Source: Bifidobacterium breve
GTDB lineage: Bacteria; Actinomycetota; Acidimicrobiia; IMCC26256; JAENVU01
Length of the DNA stretch: 64,000 bases
Direction of reading: 5' to 3'
Assembly (NCBI GenBank): GCA_945865605.1
Contig: CAMBEL010000001.1
Location: 30,885 to 94,884, forward strand
Part shown: piece by piece, positions 27,143 to 36,787 of the stretch
Layout: the number at the start of each line of letters is the position of its first letter
How positions within the stretch are numbered: position 1 is the stretch's first letter
The notes under the pieces: generated by a model
The model's database searches: none
What the model saw: the letters and a program-made list of their open reading frames with translations, nothing else
What the model was told of the DNA's origin: nothing
Translations under genes and position numbers: made by a program

Positions 27143-28231
27143 CTAGAGGACGCTTTCTCCTGCCTCAACCTTTGTGCGCAACATGGCAGCAAGACGCGCG
27201 CGATGAAATACAGCGTCACCAAAACTCAATTGATCGAGTTGCGCCCGCTTGAGAAACAGGTGGAGGTCGTGTTCCCATGTGAAACCAATACCACCGTGAA
27301 CCTGTAACGCGCTGGCCATCACCCGCTTTGATGCGTCAGAGCACCAGATCTTGGCTGTCGATGCTGCAATAGACGCGTCGGGATCGGCGGCTTCGATACA
27401 CCACGCAGCCCAGTAACTCGACGAACGCATTCCCTCGACATCTACGAGCATGTCAGCGCAACGGTGCTTTACCGCCTGGAAGGAGCCGATCGGGCGCCCG
27501 AACTGCACGCGTTCCTTCGCGTACTCAACGGCCATCTCCATTGCACGCGAAGATGCACCAAGCATCTCTGCGGAACAAGCCATCGCCGCCATGTTGAGGA
27601 GCGCGTCGGCCCCATCCGCGCCACCGATTCGCTCGGCGGAGGTTCCATTCAGTTCTATCCATCCGATGGGTCGAGTCAGATCCATCGCGGGTTGCGCGTT
27701 GGGCCGTCCAAGTTCGCGAAGGTCCACCAAGAACAACGCCGCGCCATCCGCATCTTCGGCCCATACGATCGCGATGTCTGCAATCGGTGAGAACGGCACC
27801 GGATCACAGCGTCCAGTAAGTGCCCAGACCTCGGCGCTCCGTTCAGCTCGCACTGCTCTACTCGATCGACTCCACGCGACACAGGCCTTGATCTTGCCTT
27901 CGAGTAACTCCCCGACCAGAGAAGCCGATCCCGTTGCGCGCAATGCACAGATAGCAACCGCGCTCGCTAACACCGGAACCGGAGCGACATGACGTCCAAT
28001 CTGCTCGAGAAGCACTGCGAGTTCCACGCCTCCGAGCCCGAGTCCCCCGTCGGCTTCAGGTACCGCGACACCAAGCCAGCCCTGGGCGACCATCGCGTCC
28101 CATAGGTCGGCATCCCAGCCGGAGTCGGTTTCGGCAACCGCACGGACGCGCACCGTGGAACACATTCCATCAAGAAGAGCGGCCGCTCCGTCGCGCAGAG
28201 CTATCTGGTCTTCGGATAGGTCAAAGTCCAC
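27143..28231 (-). CDS. acyl-CoA dehydrogenase family protein, beta-type subunit-like (no canonical catalytic Glu)
   Basis: 362 aa starting MDFDLSEDQIALRD. The C-terminal region reads SFGDAVFHR where homotetrameric ACADs have YEGT.EIQ. Confidence 0.75.
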   Translation of the reverse strand: MDFDLSEDQIALRDGAAALLDGMCSTVRVRAVAETDSGWDADLWDAMVAQGWLGVAVPEADGGLGLGGVELAVLLEQIGRHVAPVPVLASAVAICALRATGSASLVGELLEGKIKACVAWSRSSRAVRAERSAEVWALTGRCDPVPFSPIADIAIVWAEDADGAALFLVDLRELGRPNAQPAMDLTRPIGWIELNGTSAERIGGADGADALLNMAAMACSAEMLGASSRAMEMAVEYAKERVQFGRPIGSFQAVKHRCADMLVDVEGMRSSSYWAAWCIEAADPDASIAASTAKIWCSDASKRVMASALQVHGGIGFTWEHDLHLFLKRAQLDQLSFGDAVFHRARLAAMLRTKVEAGESVL

Positions 28232-28338
28232 GGGAGCGGAGGTTAGCGGTGCGGCGATGGAACCGACGCCCCACCGTTGCGCGACATGATAGATACGGTG
28301 GGTAGATTCACTATGACAGTGACCACTGAGGAGTAGTT

Positions 28339-29640
28339 GTGACCGACGAGAAGCCCGTATACCTCCGACACGGCGATGCCGAGATCGAGTTGCCAGTAAT
28401 TCGCGGTACGGAAAATGAACTCGGAATCGACATCTCTAAACTGCGTTCAAAAACGGGCATGATCACGCTCGACTACGGCTATGTGAATACCGGGTCGACA
28501 GAGTCAGCGATCACCTTCGTAGACGGTGATGCCGGTATCTTGCGGTACCGAGGCATCCCCATCGAACAGCTCGTCGAGCGCGACTCGCCGTCTTTCCTCG
28601 AGACTTCCTACTTGCTCATTTATGGGTCGCTGCCCACCGAGGCTGAACTCGATGACTTCCGGATGGGCGTGCGCCGTCACACTCTCCTCCACGAAGATGT
28701 GAAGAGTTTCTTCAACGGATTTCCCAAGGACGCGCATCCGATGGCGATGCTGTCTAGCGTCGTTAGCGCGCTGTCAACCTTTTACCAAGACAGCAACGAT
28801 CCGCATGATCCAGAGCAAGTGCAGCTTTCGACATTGCGGCTCATGGCGAAGATGCCGACGATTGCCGCTTACTCGTACAAGAAGTCAATCGGCCAGCCAT
28901 TCCTTTACCCCGACAATGAACTCGACCTCATCGAGAACTTCCTAACGATGATGTTCGCTGTGCCTTCTGAACCGTACGAAGCGTCACCGACCGTCGTTCA
29001 CGCGCTCAAGCAACTTCTGATTCTGCACGCAGACCACGAACAGAACTGTTCAACATCAACCGTCCGAATGGTCGGAAGCAGTGAAGCCAACCTTTTCGCA
29101 TCGGTGGCGGCGGGAATCAACGCCTTGTGGGGACCGCTTCACGGTGGAGCGAACCAAGCCGTGATCGAAACACTCGAGCGCATCCGTGATGACGGGCGAG
29201 ACATTGCCAAGTACGTTGCCAAGGCCAAAGACGAGAACGACCCGTTCCGCCTTGCCGGTTTCGGCCATCGCGTTTACAAAAACTATGACCCGCGTGCGCA
29301 GGTACTTAAGCGCACCGCAGATCGCTTGCTCGCAGAGCTCGGACGACGTGACGAGCTGATCGAGATCGCGCTCGAACTCGAGGGGGTCGCGCTATCCGAT
29401 GAGTACTTCATTGAACGTCGCCTGTATCCCAACGTCGACTTCTACTCGGGCCTCATTTATCGCGCTATGGGTTTCCCGACTCGCATGTTCACGGTCTTGT
29501 TCGCCATGGGTCGCCTCCCCGGATGGATCGCTCACTGGAGAGAAATGATGGAAAGCCCGGCTACCAAGATCGGGCGTCCTCGCCAGATTTACATCGGCGA
29601 ACCAGAGCGCGACTACATACCGGTCGAGCGCCGCGGCTAA
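28339..29640 (+). CDS. gltA: citrate synthase (type II)
   Basis: 433 aa, matching Mtb GltA2 along its full length from memory (ITFVDGDAGILRYRGIPIEQL, ILHADHEQNCSTSTVR, GFGHRVYKNYDPRA, GRLPGWIAHWREM). Confidence 0.9.
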   Translation: MTDEKPVYLRHGDAEIELPVIRGTENELGIDISKLRSKTGMITLDYGYVNTGSTESAITFVDGDAGILRYRGIPIEQLVERDSPSFLETSYLLIYGSLPTEAELDDFRMGVRRHTLLHEDVKSFFNGFPKDAHPMAMLSSVVSALSTFYQDSNDPHDPEQVQLSTLRLMAKMPTIAAYSYKKSIGQPFLYPDNELDLIENFLTMMFAVPSEPYEASPTVVHALKQLLILHADHEQNCSTSTVRMVGSSEANLFASVAAGINALWGPLHGGANQAVIETLERIRDDGRDIAKYVAKAKDENDPFRLAGFGHRVYKNYDPRAQVLKRTADRLLAELGRRDELIEIALELEGVALSDEYFIERRLYPNVDFYSGLIYRAMGFPTRMFTVLFAMGRLPGWIAHWREMMESPATKIGRPRQIYIGEPERDYIPVERRG

Positions 29641-29650
29641 CGATCCTTCA

Positions 29651-30835
29651 ATGGACCTGACGCCGACCGATGCGGAACGCGCATTGCGTGATGAGTGTCG
29701 GACATGGCTGCGTGAAAACCTCCCCTGGGAGTACGGGCTTGGCCTGCCGCCTCGTTTCGATGACCTAGCCGACGAAGTGGCATTCGGACGCGACTGGCAA
29801 TCGCGGCTATCGGCTGATCGGTGGGTTGGCGTTGCCTGGCCAACGGAATACGGGGGGCGCGATGCGGGCCCCGTCGGCCACTACATCGTTACCGAGGAAC
29901 TCGCGCGGGCCCGCGCGCCCGAACTCGTTGGCCGGATCGGCATCAACCTCGTAGGACCGACCATGCTCGCCAACGGCACGGCGCAACAAAAGTCGCGTTG
30001 GCTACCCAAGATTTTGAGCGCTGAAGAAATCTGGTGTCAGCTCTTCAGCGAACCTGGTGCGGGGTCCGACCTTGCCTCCGTATCCACACGTGCACGTCGT
30101 GTCGACGGTGGATGGTTACTCGACGGTCAAAAGGTTTGGACTAGCTATGCGCAGTTCGCTGACTGGGGTGTCTGCTTGGCGCGTACCGATCCTGATGCGC
30201 CCAAACGACGTGGGATCTCTTATTTGGTAGTGGATATGCGGTCGCAGGGAGTCGAGGTGCGTCCATTGCGCCAGATCACAGACGAGTGCGAATTCAACGA
30301 GGTCTTCTTCACGGAGGTATTCATTCCAGAAGACCAGATAATCGGTCCAGAGAACGAAGGTTGGCGCGTCGCAAACTCAACCCTCAGTCACGAACGCGGC
30401 GTGAACCCGCGCCAACTCGTCATCCACGCCCAGCTACTAGACGAACTGCTACGGCTGGCGTCCGACGGCGCGATGTTCGATGATCACCGCGGTGCGCAAA
30501 GTCTCGCTGAGGCGTTCGTTGAAGTACAACTGTTTCGCCTTCACAACTGGCGTTCGATTTCGCGTACCGCCAAGGGCGAAGAACCCGGACCCGTCGGTGC
30601 CATCAACAAACTCTGGTGGAGTGAAATGAGCAAACGACTGCACGAGACAGTGATGACCGCGCTCGGATCCTCGGCTCCGCTCTGGCGTGGAGCAGCCAAT
30701 AATCCGGGCGAAGGCGAATGGCAACGATCGTGGCTCTATTACCAAGCAAGCTCCATCTGGGCAGGAACCAATGAGATCCAACGCAACCTTGTAGGCGAAC
30801 GCGTCCTGGGGCTACCGCGTGAGCCAAAGGCGTAG
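29651..30835 (+). CDS. acyl-CoA dehydrogenase, alpha-type (FadE26-like)
   Basis: 394 aa with WP.EYGGR, LFSEPGAGSDLAS and SIWAGTNEIQRN. Confidence 0.85.
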   Translation: MDLTPTDAERALRDECRTWLRENLPWEYGLGLPPRFDDLADEVAFGRDWQSRLSADRWVGVAWPTEYGGRDAGPVGHYIVTEELARARAPELVGRIGINLVGPTMLANGTAQQKSRWLPKILSAEEIWCQLFSEPGAGSDLASVSTRARRVDGGWLLDGQKVWTSYAQFADWGVCLARTDPDAPKRRGISYLVVDMRSQGVEVRPLRQITDECEFNEVFFTEVFIPEDQIIGPENEGWRVANSTLSHERGVNPRQLVIHAQLLDELLRLASDGAMFDDHRGAQSLAEAFVEVQLFRLHNWRSISRTAKGEEPGPVGAINKLWWSEMSKRLHETVMTALGSSAPLWRGAANNPGEGEWQRSWLYYQASSIWAGTNEIQRNLVGERVLGLPREPKA

Positions 30836-30903
30836 CTGGCCCGGTTGCATTCAGGCTCCTGAGGTTCCAACTAGATTTCCTGCACACCCACGTCAGGAGT
30901 GCA

Positions 30904-31734
30904 GTGGATTTCGAGACCATCCGGTATGAGGTAGATGGCGCGGTCGCGCTCATCACGCTCTCAAGGCCCAGTGCGGCCAACGCACAGAACTCGAAGATGA
31001 TCGATGAGATCGATGCAGCGTTCGACATGGTCGAACAGGATGAGGCGGTTCGTGTCGTGGTGCTCGGCGCAAAAGGCAAGCACTTCTCGGCAGGTCACGA
31101 CCTCAAAGAAATTCTCGCTGCAGAAGAATTTTGGGCTGCTAAACGAAACACGCCCGAGGGAAAACTTGAACATGAGCAGGTGATGTACTGGGACAAACTC
31201 GTGCGCATTCGAGATTTTCCAAAGCCGACAATCGCGGCCGTACAGGGTGCATGCTCCGCTGCCGGGATGATGCTCGCTTCGATGTGTGACTTGATCGTGG
31301 CCGCGGAAGACGCGAAGTTCTCCAACCCAGTCGCCCGCATGAGCGGCGTCGGGGTTGAGTTGCTTATAGAACCGTGGGACCTCGGGCCTCGCAAGGCCAA
31401 GGAACTCTTGTTGTGCGCGACAACGCTTGACGCCTCGGAAGCGGAACGCCTTGGACTCGTAAACAGAGTGGTTCCGCGCGATCGGCTCGCCGATGAAGCT
31501 CGCGCCATGGCGGACGCGGTCGCACTTGTGCCGCCGATCACCGCGCGAGCAATCAAAGACACGATAAATCACATGGTCGATCTTCAAGGCCAACGCGAGT
31601 CATGGCAGTACCACTTCACAGTGCACCAAGACGTGAGCAACAGTTCAGAAGCGCTCGCACTCGCAGAAGCGCGCCGCGCCGGTGGAATGGACGGCGTGAA
31701 GCGCGAACAGGCTGGCGAAGGTACCGCCACCTAA
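30904..31734 (+). CDS. enoyl-CoA hydratase/isomerase (crotonase fold)
   Basis: 276 aa. ALITLSRPSAANAQN, FSAGHDLKE and PTIAAVQGACSAAG. GTG start behind AGGAG. Confidence 0.85.
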   Translation: MDFETIRYEVDGAVALITLSRPSAANAQNSKMIDEIDAAFDMVEQDEAVRVVVLGAKGKHFSAGHDLKEILAAEEFWAAKRNTPEGKLEHEQVMYWDKLVRIRDFPKPTIAAVQGACSAAGMMLASMCDLIVAAEDAKFSNPVARMSGVGVELLIEPWDLGPRKAKELLLCATTLDASEAERLGLVNRVVPRDRLADEARAMADAVALVPPITARAIKDTINHMVDLQGQRESWQYHFTVHQDVSNSSEALALAEARRAGGMDGVKREQAGEGTAT

Positions 31735-32942
31735 TGGGGGGGCCGCTCGAAGGGCTGCGCGTCCTTGATTTAGGAACGCGAATCGCGGCGCCGTTCTGCG
31801 CTGGGTTGTTGGGTGAGCAAGGCGCCGAGGTCATCAAGGTCGAACAGCCCGGCACTGGCGACTTCATGCGCGAGATTGGACCGTTTCTGCCAGGAGCCGA
31901 AGGCGAAGATCCTGGTTACTCGCTCTTTTGGGCGGTGGAAGGACGCGGTCGGCGAAGCGTCACACTCGACCTAAGGCGACCGGAGGGCCAGGACCTTTTC
32001 CGAAGACTCGCCGCGACGGCCGACGTGGTTGTCGAAAACTTTCGTCCCGGGACACTTGAGCGGTGGCACATCGCTCCGTCGGATCTGGGCGACAACATCG
32101 TCACCGTCCGCATCAGTTCATTCGGCCAAGACGGGCCCAATTCATCTCGGCCCGGCCTGGATCGCGTAGGGATTGGATTCGGTGGGTTGCTGCACCTAAC
32201 GGGATACCCCGACAGGCCGCCCGTGAGGGCTGGGGTAACGATCTCCGACTACCTGACTGGCGTATTTGCTGCGCAGGCCGCTACCGCAGCCCTGTACTCG
32301 CGCGACGTCCATCGATCTGGGAAGGGATCGGTAATCGATGCCGCTCTTTATGGGTCAGTGTTACGTGTGCTCGAGTGGACCCTTGCTGCATATGACCGAC
32401 TTGGAACCGTGCGCAATCGGGAAGGTAACCGGCTCGCGAACAGCGCTCCTCTCGACAATTACGCGACCGCCGATGGAAAGTTCGTTTGCATTGTCGCTGG
32501 TTCCGATGCGAACTTCACTCGCCTGTGTGCAGCGATGGGCCGCTCAGATCTCCCCGAGGATGCGCGTTTCAAGCGCCTGGTCGACCGCGCCGAACGAAGC
32601 GACGAGATCAACGGAATCGTCGCGGACTGGGCGCGCCAACTTGATGCCCTAGCGGTAGAAACGGCATGCGTGGAGCATGATGTCCCGGTCGCAACCGCTT
32701 ATACCGCAGCCGACATATTCGCCGATCCACACTTCGCTGCGCGCGGCGACCTTGTAACTGTTGATGACCCTGTTGCGGGACCGATGCGGCAACAGGCGCC
32801 GTTCCCGCGTTTCGTGGGCGAGGATGTGCACGTTCCAACAGGTGCTCCGCGACTCGGTGAGCACACCGACGAGGTGCTCGGGACGTTGCTTGGCATCTCT
32901 GCGGCCGAGATCGACGCTCTCCGCGAGTCCGGTGTTGTCTGA
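31734..32942 (+). CDS. family III CoA-transferase (CaiB/BaiF)
   Basis: Start MGGPLEGLRVLDLGTRIAAPF at a TAATG overlap with echA. About 402 aa. Confidence 0.85.
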   Translation: MGGPLEGLRVLDLGTRIAAPFCAGLLGEQGAEVIKVEQPGTGDFMREIGPFLPGAEGEDPGYSLFWAVEGRGRRSVTLDLRRPEGQDLFRRLAATADVVVENFRPGTLERWHIAPSDLGDNIVTVRISSFGQDGPNSSRPGLDRVGIGFGGLLHLTGYPDRPPVRAGVTISDYLTGVFAAQAATAALYSRDVHRSGKGSVIDAALYGSVLRVLEWTLAAYDRLGTVRNREGNRLANSAPLDNYATADGKFVCIVAGSDANFTRLCAAMGRSDLPEDARFKRLVDRAERSDEINGIVADWARQLDALAVETACVEHDVPVATAYTAADIFADPHFAARGDLVTVDDPVAGPMRQQAPFPRFVGEDVHVPTGAPRLGEHTDEVLGTLLGISAAEIDALRESGVV

Positions 32943-33328
32943 TGCACACCCCTGTTCACGAGGGACTATTCACTGTTGACCCGCCAGCGTTGCTCGGGGC
33001 GCTCTGCGGCGAGTGCGAACATCATTGCTTCCCACGGCTAGCGCACTGCCCGTACTGCGGTTGCGAGAACGTGGACCCCGTCACGCTTTCAGACCACGGG
33101 ACACTTTGGGGTTGGACTGAAGTAACGACTGCGCCTCCTGGATACGAGGGGGTTGTGCCGTTCGGCTTCGGCATTGTCGAACTACCCGAAGGGCTGCGCA
33201 TTGTTACGAGACTCACCTCGCCCACGGCAACATACGAATACGGCATGGCGATGCGTCTGCAGATTGTGGACCTTGGCGACGGCGTTGTCACATGGGAGTT
33301 CACCCCGGAAACGGAGAGGGGAGTATGA
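32942..33328 (+). CDS. DUF35 OB-fold/zinc-ribbon protein (thiolase partner)
   Basis: 128 aa with CGECEHHCFPRLAHCPYCG. TGATG overlap upstream and ATGA overlap downstream. Confidence 0.8.
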   Translation: MHTPVHEGLFTVDPPALLGALCGECEHHCFPRLAHCPYCGCENVDPVTLSDHGTLWGWTEVTTAPPGYEGVVPFGFGIVELPEGLRIVTRLTSPTATYEYGMAMRLQIVDLGDGVVTWEFTPETERGV

Positions 33329-34461
33329 CGAGCGTTGAGATTGCTGGCGTTGGCTTGCATCCGTTCGGCCGCTTCGATGGCGTCTCGGTCACCGACATGG
33401 GTGTCACCGCCGTCAAGGCCGCCCTCGCCGAGGCCGCTATCCCTCGCGGCGGATTTCAGGCAGCCTTTTGCGGCACTGCATACGCTGGCGTTGCTGCTGG
33501 ACACAAAGTTCTTGGAGCTCTCGCCCTCACGGGCATGCCGATCGTCAACGTTGAGGCCGGGTGCGCGAGCGGTGGTGCTGCGCTGCAGTTGGCGATGGGC
33601 GCGATCCAGGCTGGGCAATACGAAAGCGTGCTCGTATTTGGAATGGAGAAGATGCCCAAGGGCATCATCCGGTCGACGTTCTTTGAACCATGGCGCGAGC
33701 AGGCCGGGCTCGCAGTAACTCCCGCATACTTCGCGTTGCGCGCGCAGCGGCTGATGCGCGAATCCGGTATCACGAAGAACGATTTGGCGGACCTAGTTGT
33801 CAAGAACAGGCGACATGGGGTCAATAACCCCGACGCGATGTTCCGCAAAGAGGTCTCGGCGCAAGAGGTACTCAATTCGCGTCTGGTTTGTGATCCATTG
33901 CATCTGTTCATGTTGTGCTCTCCAAATGAGGGTGCAGCTGCGGTCGTGTTACGTCGCGCGCCCGCCGACGGTTCAGCTCGCGTAACACTCGCATCGGCAG
34001 TTCTGAGGTCGCACCTTCCCGGTAGTGTGCTCGGCGAAGCGACACCACTCTCGGGGATCGACGACTCGTTTATTCCACCACCATCCACCTTGGCCGCGAA
34101 GGCGGCGTTCGAGGAAGCGGGTGTTGGTCCTGACGACCTCGACATAGTCGAGTGCCAAGACACCGATGCCGCGCGTGAACTGCTCGCATGGGAAGAACTT
34201 GGGTTGTGCGCTTCGGGAGACCAGGCCCGCATCTTGGCTGATGGTGACGCGGCGATCGGTGGGCGGCGACCAGTAAATGTTTCTGGTGGGCTGCTCTCTA
34301 AGGGAGAACCGCTCGGGGCTTCGGCTCTAGGCCAAGTGGTGGAACTAGTTCGACAACTCCGCGGCGAAGCGGGCATACGACAAGTCGCTGGTGCCCGTGT
34401 CGGCCTTGCACACACCGTTGGCCGTGGGGCCAACGCGTGCGTGACAATTATCAAGGCCTAA
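33325..34461 (+). CDS. SCP-x/Ltp-type thiolase-fold protein
   Basis: Start MTSVEIAGVGLHPFGRF. Nucleophile context EAGCASGG is present, as is NVSGGLLSKGEPLGAS. About 378 aa. Confidence 0.85.
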   Translation: MTSVEIAGVGLHPFGRFDGVSVTDMGVTAVKAALAEAAIPRGGFQAAFCGTAYAGVAAGHKVLGALALTGMPIVNVEAGCASGGAALQLAMGAIQAGQYESVLVFGMEKMPKGIIRSTFFEPWREQAGLAVTPAYFALRAQRLMRESGITKNDLADLVVKNRRHGVNNPDAMFRKEVSAQEVLNSRLVCDPLHLFMLCSPNEGAAAVVLRRAPADGSARVTLASAVLRSHLPGSVLGEATPLSGIDDSFIPPPSTLAAKAAFEEAGVGPDDLDIVECQDTDAARELLAWEELGLCASGDQARILADGDAAIGGRRPVNVSGGLLSKGEPLGASALGQVVELVRQLRGEAGIRQVAGARVGLAHTVGRGANACVTIIKA

Positions 34462-34474
34462 AGACCACGCGCGA

Positions 34475-35881
34475 CTAGCCGACAACTCGCGAGTTGTAAT
34501 CGACCATCGCCTTGGTCGCCAGCTTCTGCGCATCTCGCAGCGCCTTCTGGGGCGACACGCCTTGCGTCAGCATCCGTTGTTGCGCGGCCAGGACGACATC
34601 GCGCACTGCCTGGTACGCGCCGATTACCGGTCCGGCAGTTGCGGCGTTATCCACGCCTCCTAGCAACTGGTCGTACGCGACTTTGTAGCCAGGCTCGGCC
34701 TTCCAGAGCTCGGTCATCACCTTCGAATTGGCTGAAGACTTTCGGATCGGGATGTAACCGGTTCCAGCAGCCCACTCCGCCTGGGTCATAGAAGATGTGA
34801 GGAACTTGGTGAGGTCCCACGCCGCAGCGCGCTTTGGCCCAGAGGACTTGGCAGCTATGTACAGGGACGCTCCGCCTACGAGCACGCCACCCTTGCCACT
34901 AGGTCCCGGCATCGGGCCTACACCCAACTTCACGCCACCCGCTTCACCTGAAGCCATCAGCTGCGAGATCGTGCCGAGAGCAGCCGATGTATCGACTGTC
35001 ATTGCAAGTTTCTTGGATCGAATAGCCAACAGGTTGTCAAACGCACTCGGTCCAGAGGCACTATTTGCGACCGCAAGGCCGCTGGCGACCATCTCGTCCA
35101 TCCAGGTGAAGGCTTTGAGGCTGACGTGGTTATCGAATGCGGCTGCCGTAGCGCGCTCCGAGCGGCCATTGCTGTTATTGACGAACAACTCGCCGCCTTT
35201 GGCCGACTCTTGCTCAATCCACCAAGGATCAAGTTTCAGTCCATATCCGAATTCGTAGCCTGACGCCTTAATTTTCTTGCTGTACTCGGTAACTTCCGCG
35301 AGTGTCTTCGGTGGTTTTTCGGGGTCGAGACCCGCTGCGGTGAATGCGTTCTTGTCGTAATACAACACCGGATTCGACACGTTGAACGGCATGGACACAA
35401 GTGCGTTGTCAACTGTGTAGTAGTCGAGCACACGCGTGAGGTAATCGGACGTGTCGTACTTTTCTGCATCTATGCAGTCCTGCACGGGGATAGTCGCTTG
35501 CGTGTCGATCATTTGTTGCGTTGCGGTCTCCTCGATCTGCACAATGTCTGGCAAGTCTCCGCTACTCAATCCTGCCTTGAACTTCTCGAAGCTCTCGCGG
35601 TATCCCGTCTGATTGATCAGTTTTACTTTTACCTTGGGTTGTTGCACCTGGTACTCATTAACTAGGCGAACCAATGTCTCTTCGTTGGCCCTGTTCATGG
35701 CGTGCCAGAACGTGATCTCGATGGGGCTCGTCGCTTTTTGCAATTCATCGACGGGACACTTCGTCTTTGTGGTGTCGTTGTTGTTTCCTCCCCCACTGCC
35801 GCATGCCACGACCAGGAGCGCTGCGGCCAAGCCGAGGCTCATCGAACGCAGGTACTTGCTGTTAAACGGCGACCGGTGCAT
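34475..35881 (-). CDS. ABC transporter substrate-binding lipoprotein (family 1, sugar/UgpB-like)
   Basis: ATG 35881 behind GGAGGG. Lipobox LVVACGSGGG. About 468 aa. Confidence 0.8.
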   Translation of the reverse strand: MHRSPFNSKYLRSMSLGLAAALLVVACGSGGGNNNDTTKTKCPVDELQKATSPIEITFWHAMNRANEETLVRLVNEYQVQQPKVKVKLINQTGYRESFEKFKAGLSSGDLPDIVQIEETATQQMIDTQATIPVQDCIDAEKYDTSDYLTRVLDYYTVDNALVSMPFNVSNPVLYYDKNAFTAAGLDPEKPPKTLAEVTEYSKKIKASGYEFGYGLKLDPWWIEQESAKGGELFVNNSNGRSERATAAAFDNHVSLKAFTWMDEMVASGLAVANSASGPSAFDNLLAIRSKKLAMTVDTSAALGTISQLMASGEAGGVKLGVGPMPGPSGKGGVLVGGASLYIAAKSSGPKRAAAWDLTKFLTSSMTQAEWAAGTGYIPIRKSSANSKVMTELWKAEPGYKVAYDQLLGGVDNAATAGPVIGAYQAVRDVVLAAQQRMLTQGVSPQKALRDAQKLATKAMVDYNSRVVG

Positions 35882-35920
35882 GGGTCCCTCCGGGGAGACG
35901 GTTCGGTTAGATCTCATCGT

Positions 35921-36787
35921 TCAGCCTTTCACGGCGCCGGCGGTTAAACCGCGCACAAGTTGTTTCTGGAATATGAGCAGGAGAAAAACGAGAGGGAGCG
36001 CCGCTATCACCACACCAGCGAATGTGACGTTGACCTGATCCAGGCTTGTCGAACTCAGCTGCTTCAGACCAATCTGGACCGTACGGTACCGGTCATCCTT
36101 CGTCACGAGCAGGGGCCACAAGTACTGATTCCATGCGCCCAAGAATGCGAAAACGCTGAGTGCTGCAACCGTCGGCCTGGCAAGGGGAACTGCAACTCGG
36201 GTCATAAATCGCCAGTGTCCATAACCGTCTAGCGCTGCAGCATCCTTGAGGTCGGGTGGAACTTGAAGAAATGCCTGGCGCAGCAAGAACGCGCCAAAGC
36301 CAGTCGCAAGAAATGGCACCGCAAGTCCTTGATACGAGTTGTACCACCCAAGATTCGTGATTGTTGTCAGATTCGTGATGATCGTTACCTCAAACGGCAC
36401 CATCAACGTGGCAAGGAATAAAACAAACAGCCCTCGCTTCATCGGGAACTCCAAGAATGCAAACGCATACGCAGCGAGTATCGCCGTAGCCACCTGACCA
36501 ACAGTGATTATCGCAGTCACGATCACGCTATTGAGCATGTACTCCGACATATGTCCAGCATCCCAAGCAGTCGAGTACGAGCCCCACTGCGGATGGAACG
36601 GAAAGAACGTGGGCGGACGCGATGCAATCTGCTGGGGACTCAACAATGAGTTCACGACAGTGATGTACAGCGGAAACACAACGACGACCGCAAGAAACGT
36701 GAGAAGCGAATATCGCAGCACCTTCACGAGAACACGTCGCCGGTTCCGACTCGCAGTGCCCTGGCGTGATGGCGTGTCACCGTGCAT
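35921..36787 (-). CDS. carbohydrate ABC transporter permease (MalG/UgpE-like)
   Basis: Six TM segments, with the EAA-like loop DAAALDGYGHWRFMTRVAVPLARP. Start is ATG 36787 or 36805. Confidence 0.8.
   Translation of the reverse strand: MHGDTPSRQGTASRNRRRVLVKVLRYSLLTFLAVVVVFPLYITVVNSLLSPQQIASRPPTFFPFHPQWGSYSTAWDAGHMSEYMLNSVIVTAIITVGQVATAILAAYAFAFLEFPMKRGLFVLFLATLMVPFEVTIITNLTTITNLGWYNSYQGLAVPFLATGFGAFLLRQAFLQVPPDLKDAAALDGYGHWRFMTRVAVPLARPTVAALSVFAFLGAWNQYLWPLLVTKDDRYRTVQIGLKQLSSTSLDQVNVTFAGVVIAALPLVFLLLIFQKQLVRGLTAGAVKG

Noticed and set aside
28339-29640. Reinterpreting the citrate synthase as a methylcitrate synthase (PrpC) because of its beta-oxidation context
   Set aside because: Its length (433 aa) and end-to-end similarity to Mtb GltA2 as recalled fit the housekeeping type II enzyme. 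PrpC-type proteins are shorter. This needs phylogeny to settle.
34340-34353. TGGAACTAGTTCGA, a second exact fit to the degenerate KstR pattern TnnAACnnGTTnnA
   Set aside because: It lies inside the thiolase coding region near its 3' end. About one chance hit to an 8-fixed-base palindromic pattern is expected in 64 kb. TCGAACAAGTTCTT inside the P450 gene (about 21982) fails at the last position.
33456-34454. 332-aa ORF antisense to the Ltp thiolase gene
   Set aside because: Ala/Pro/Arg/Ser-rich low-complexity translation with no motifs. A typical high-GC shadow ORF opposite a well-supported gene.
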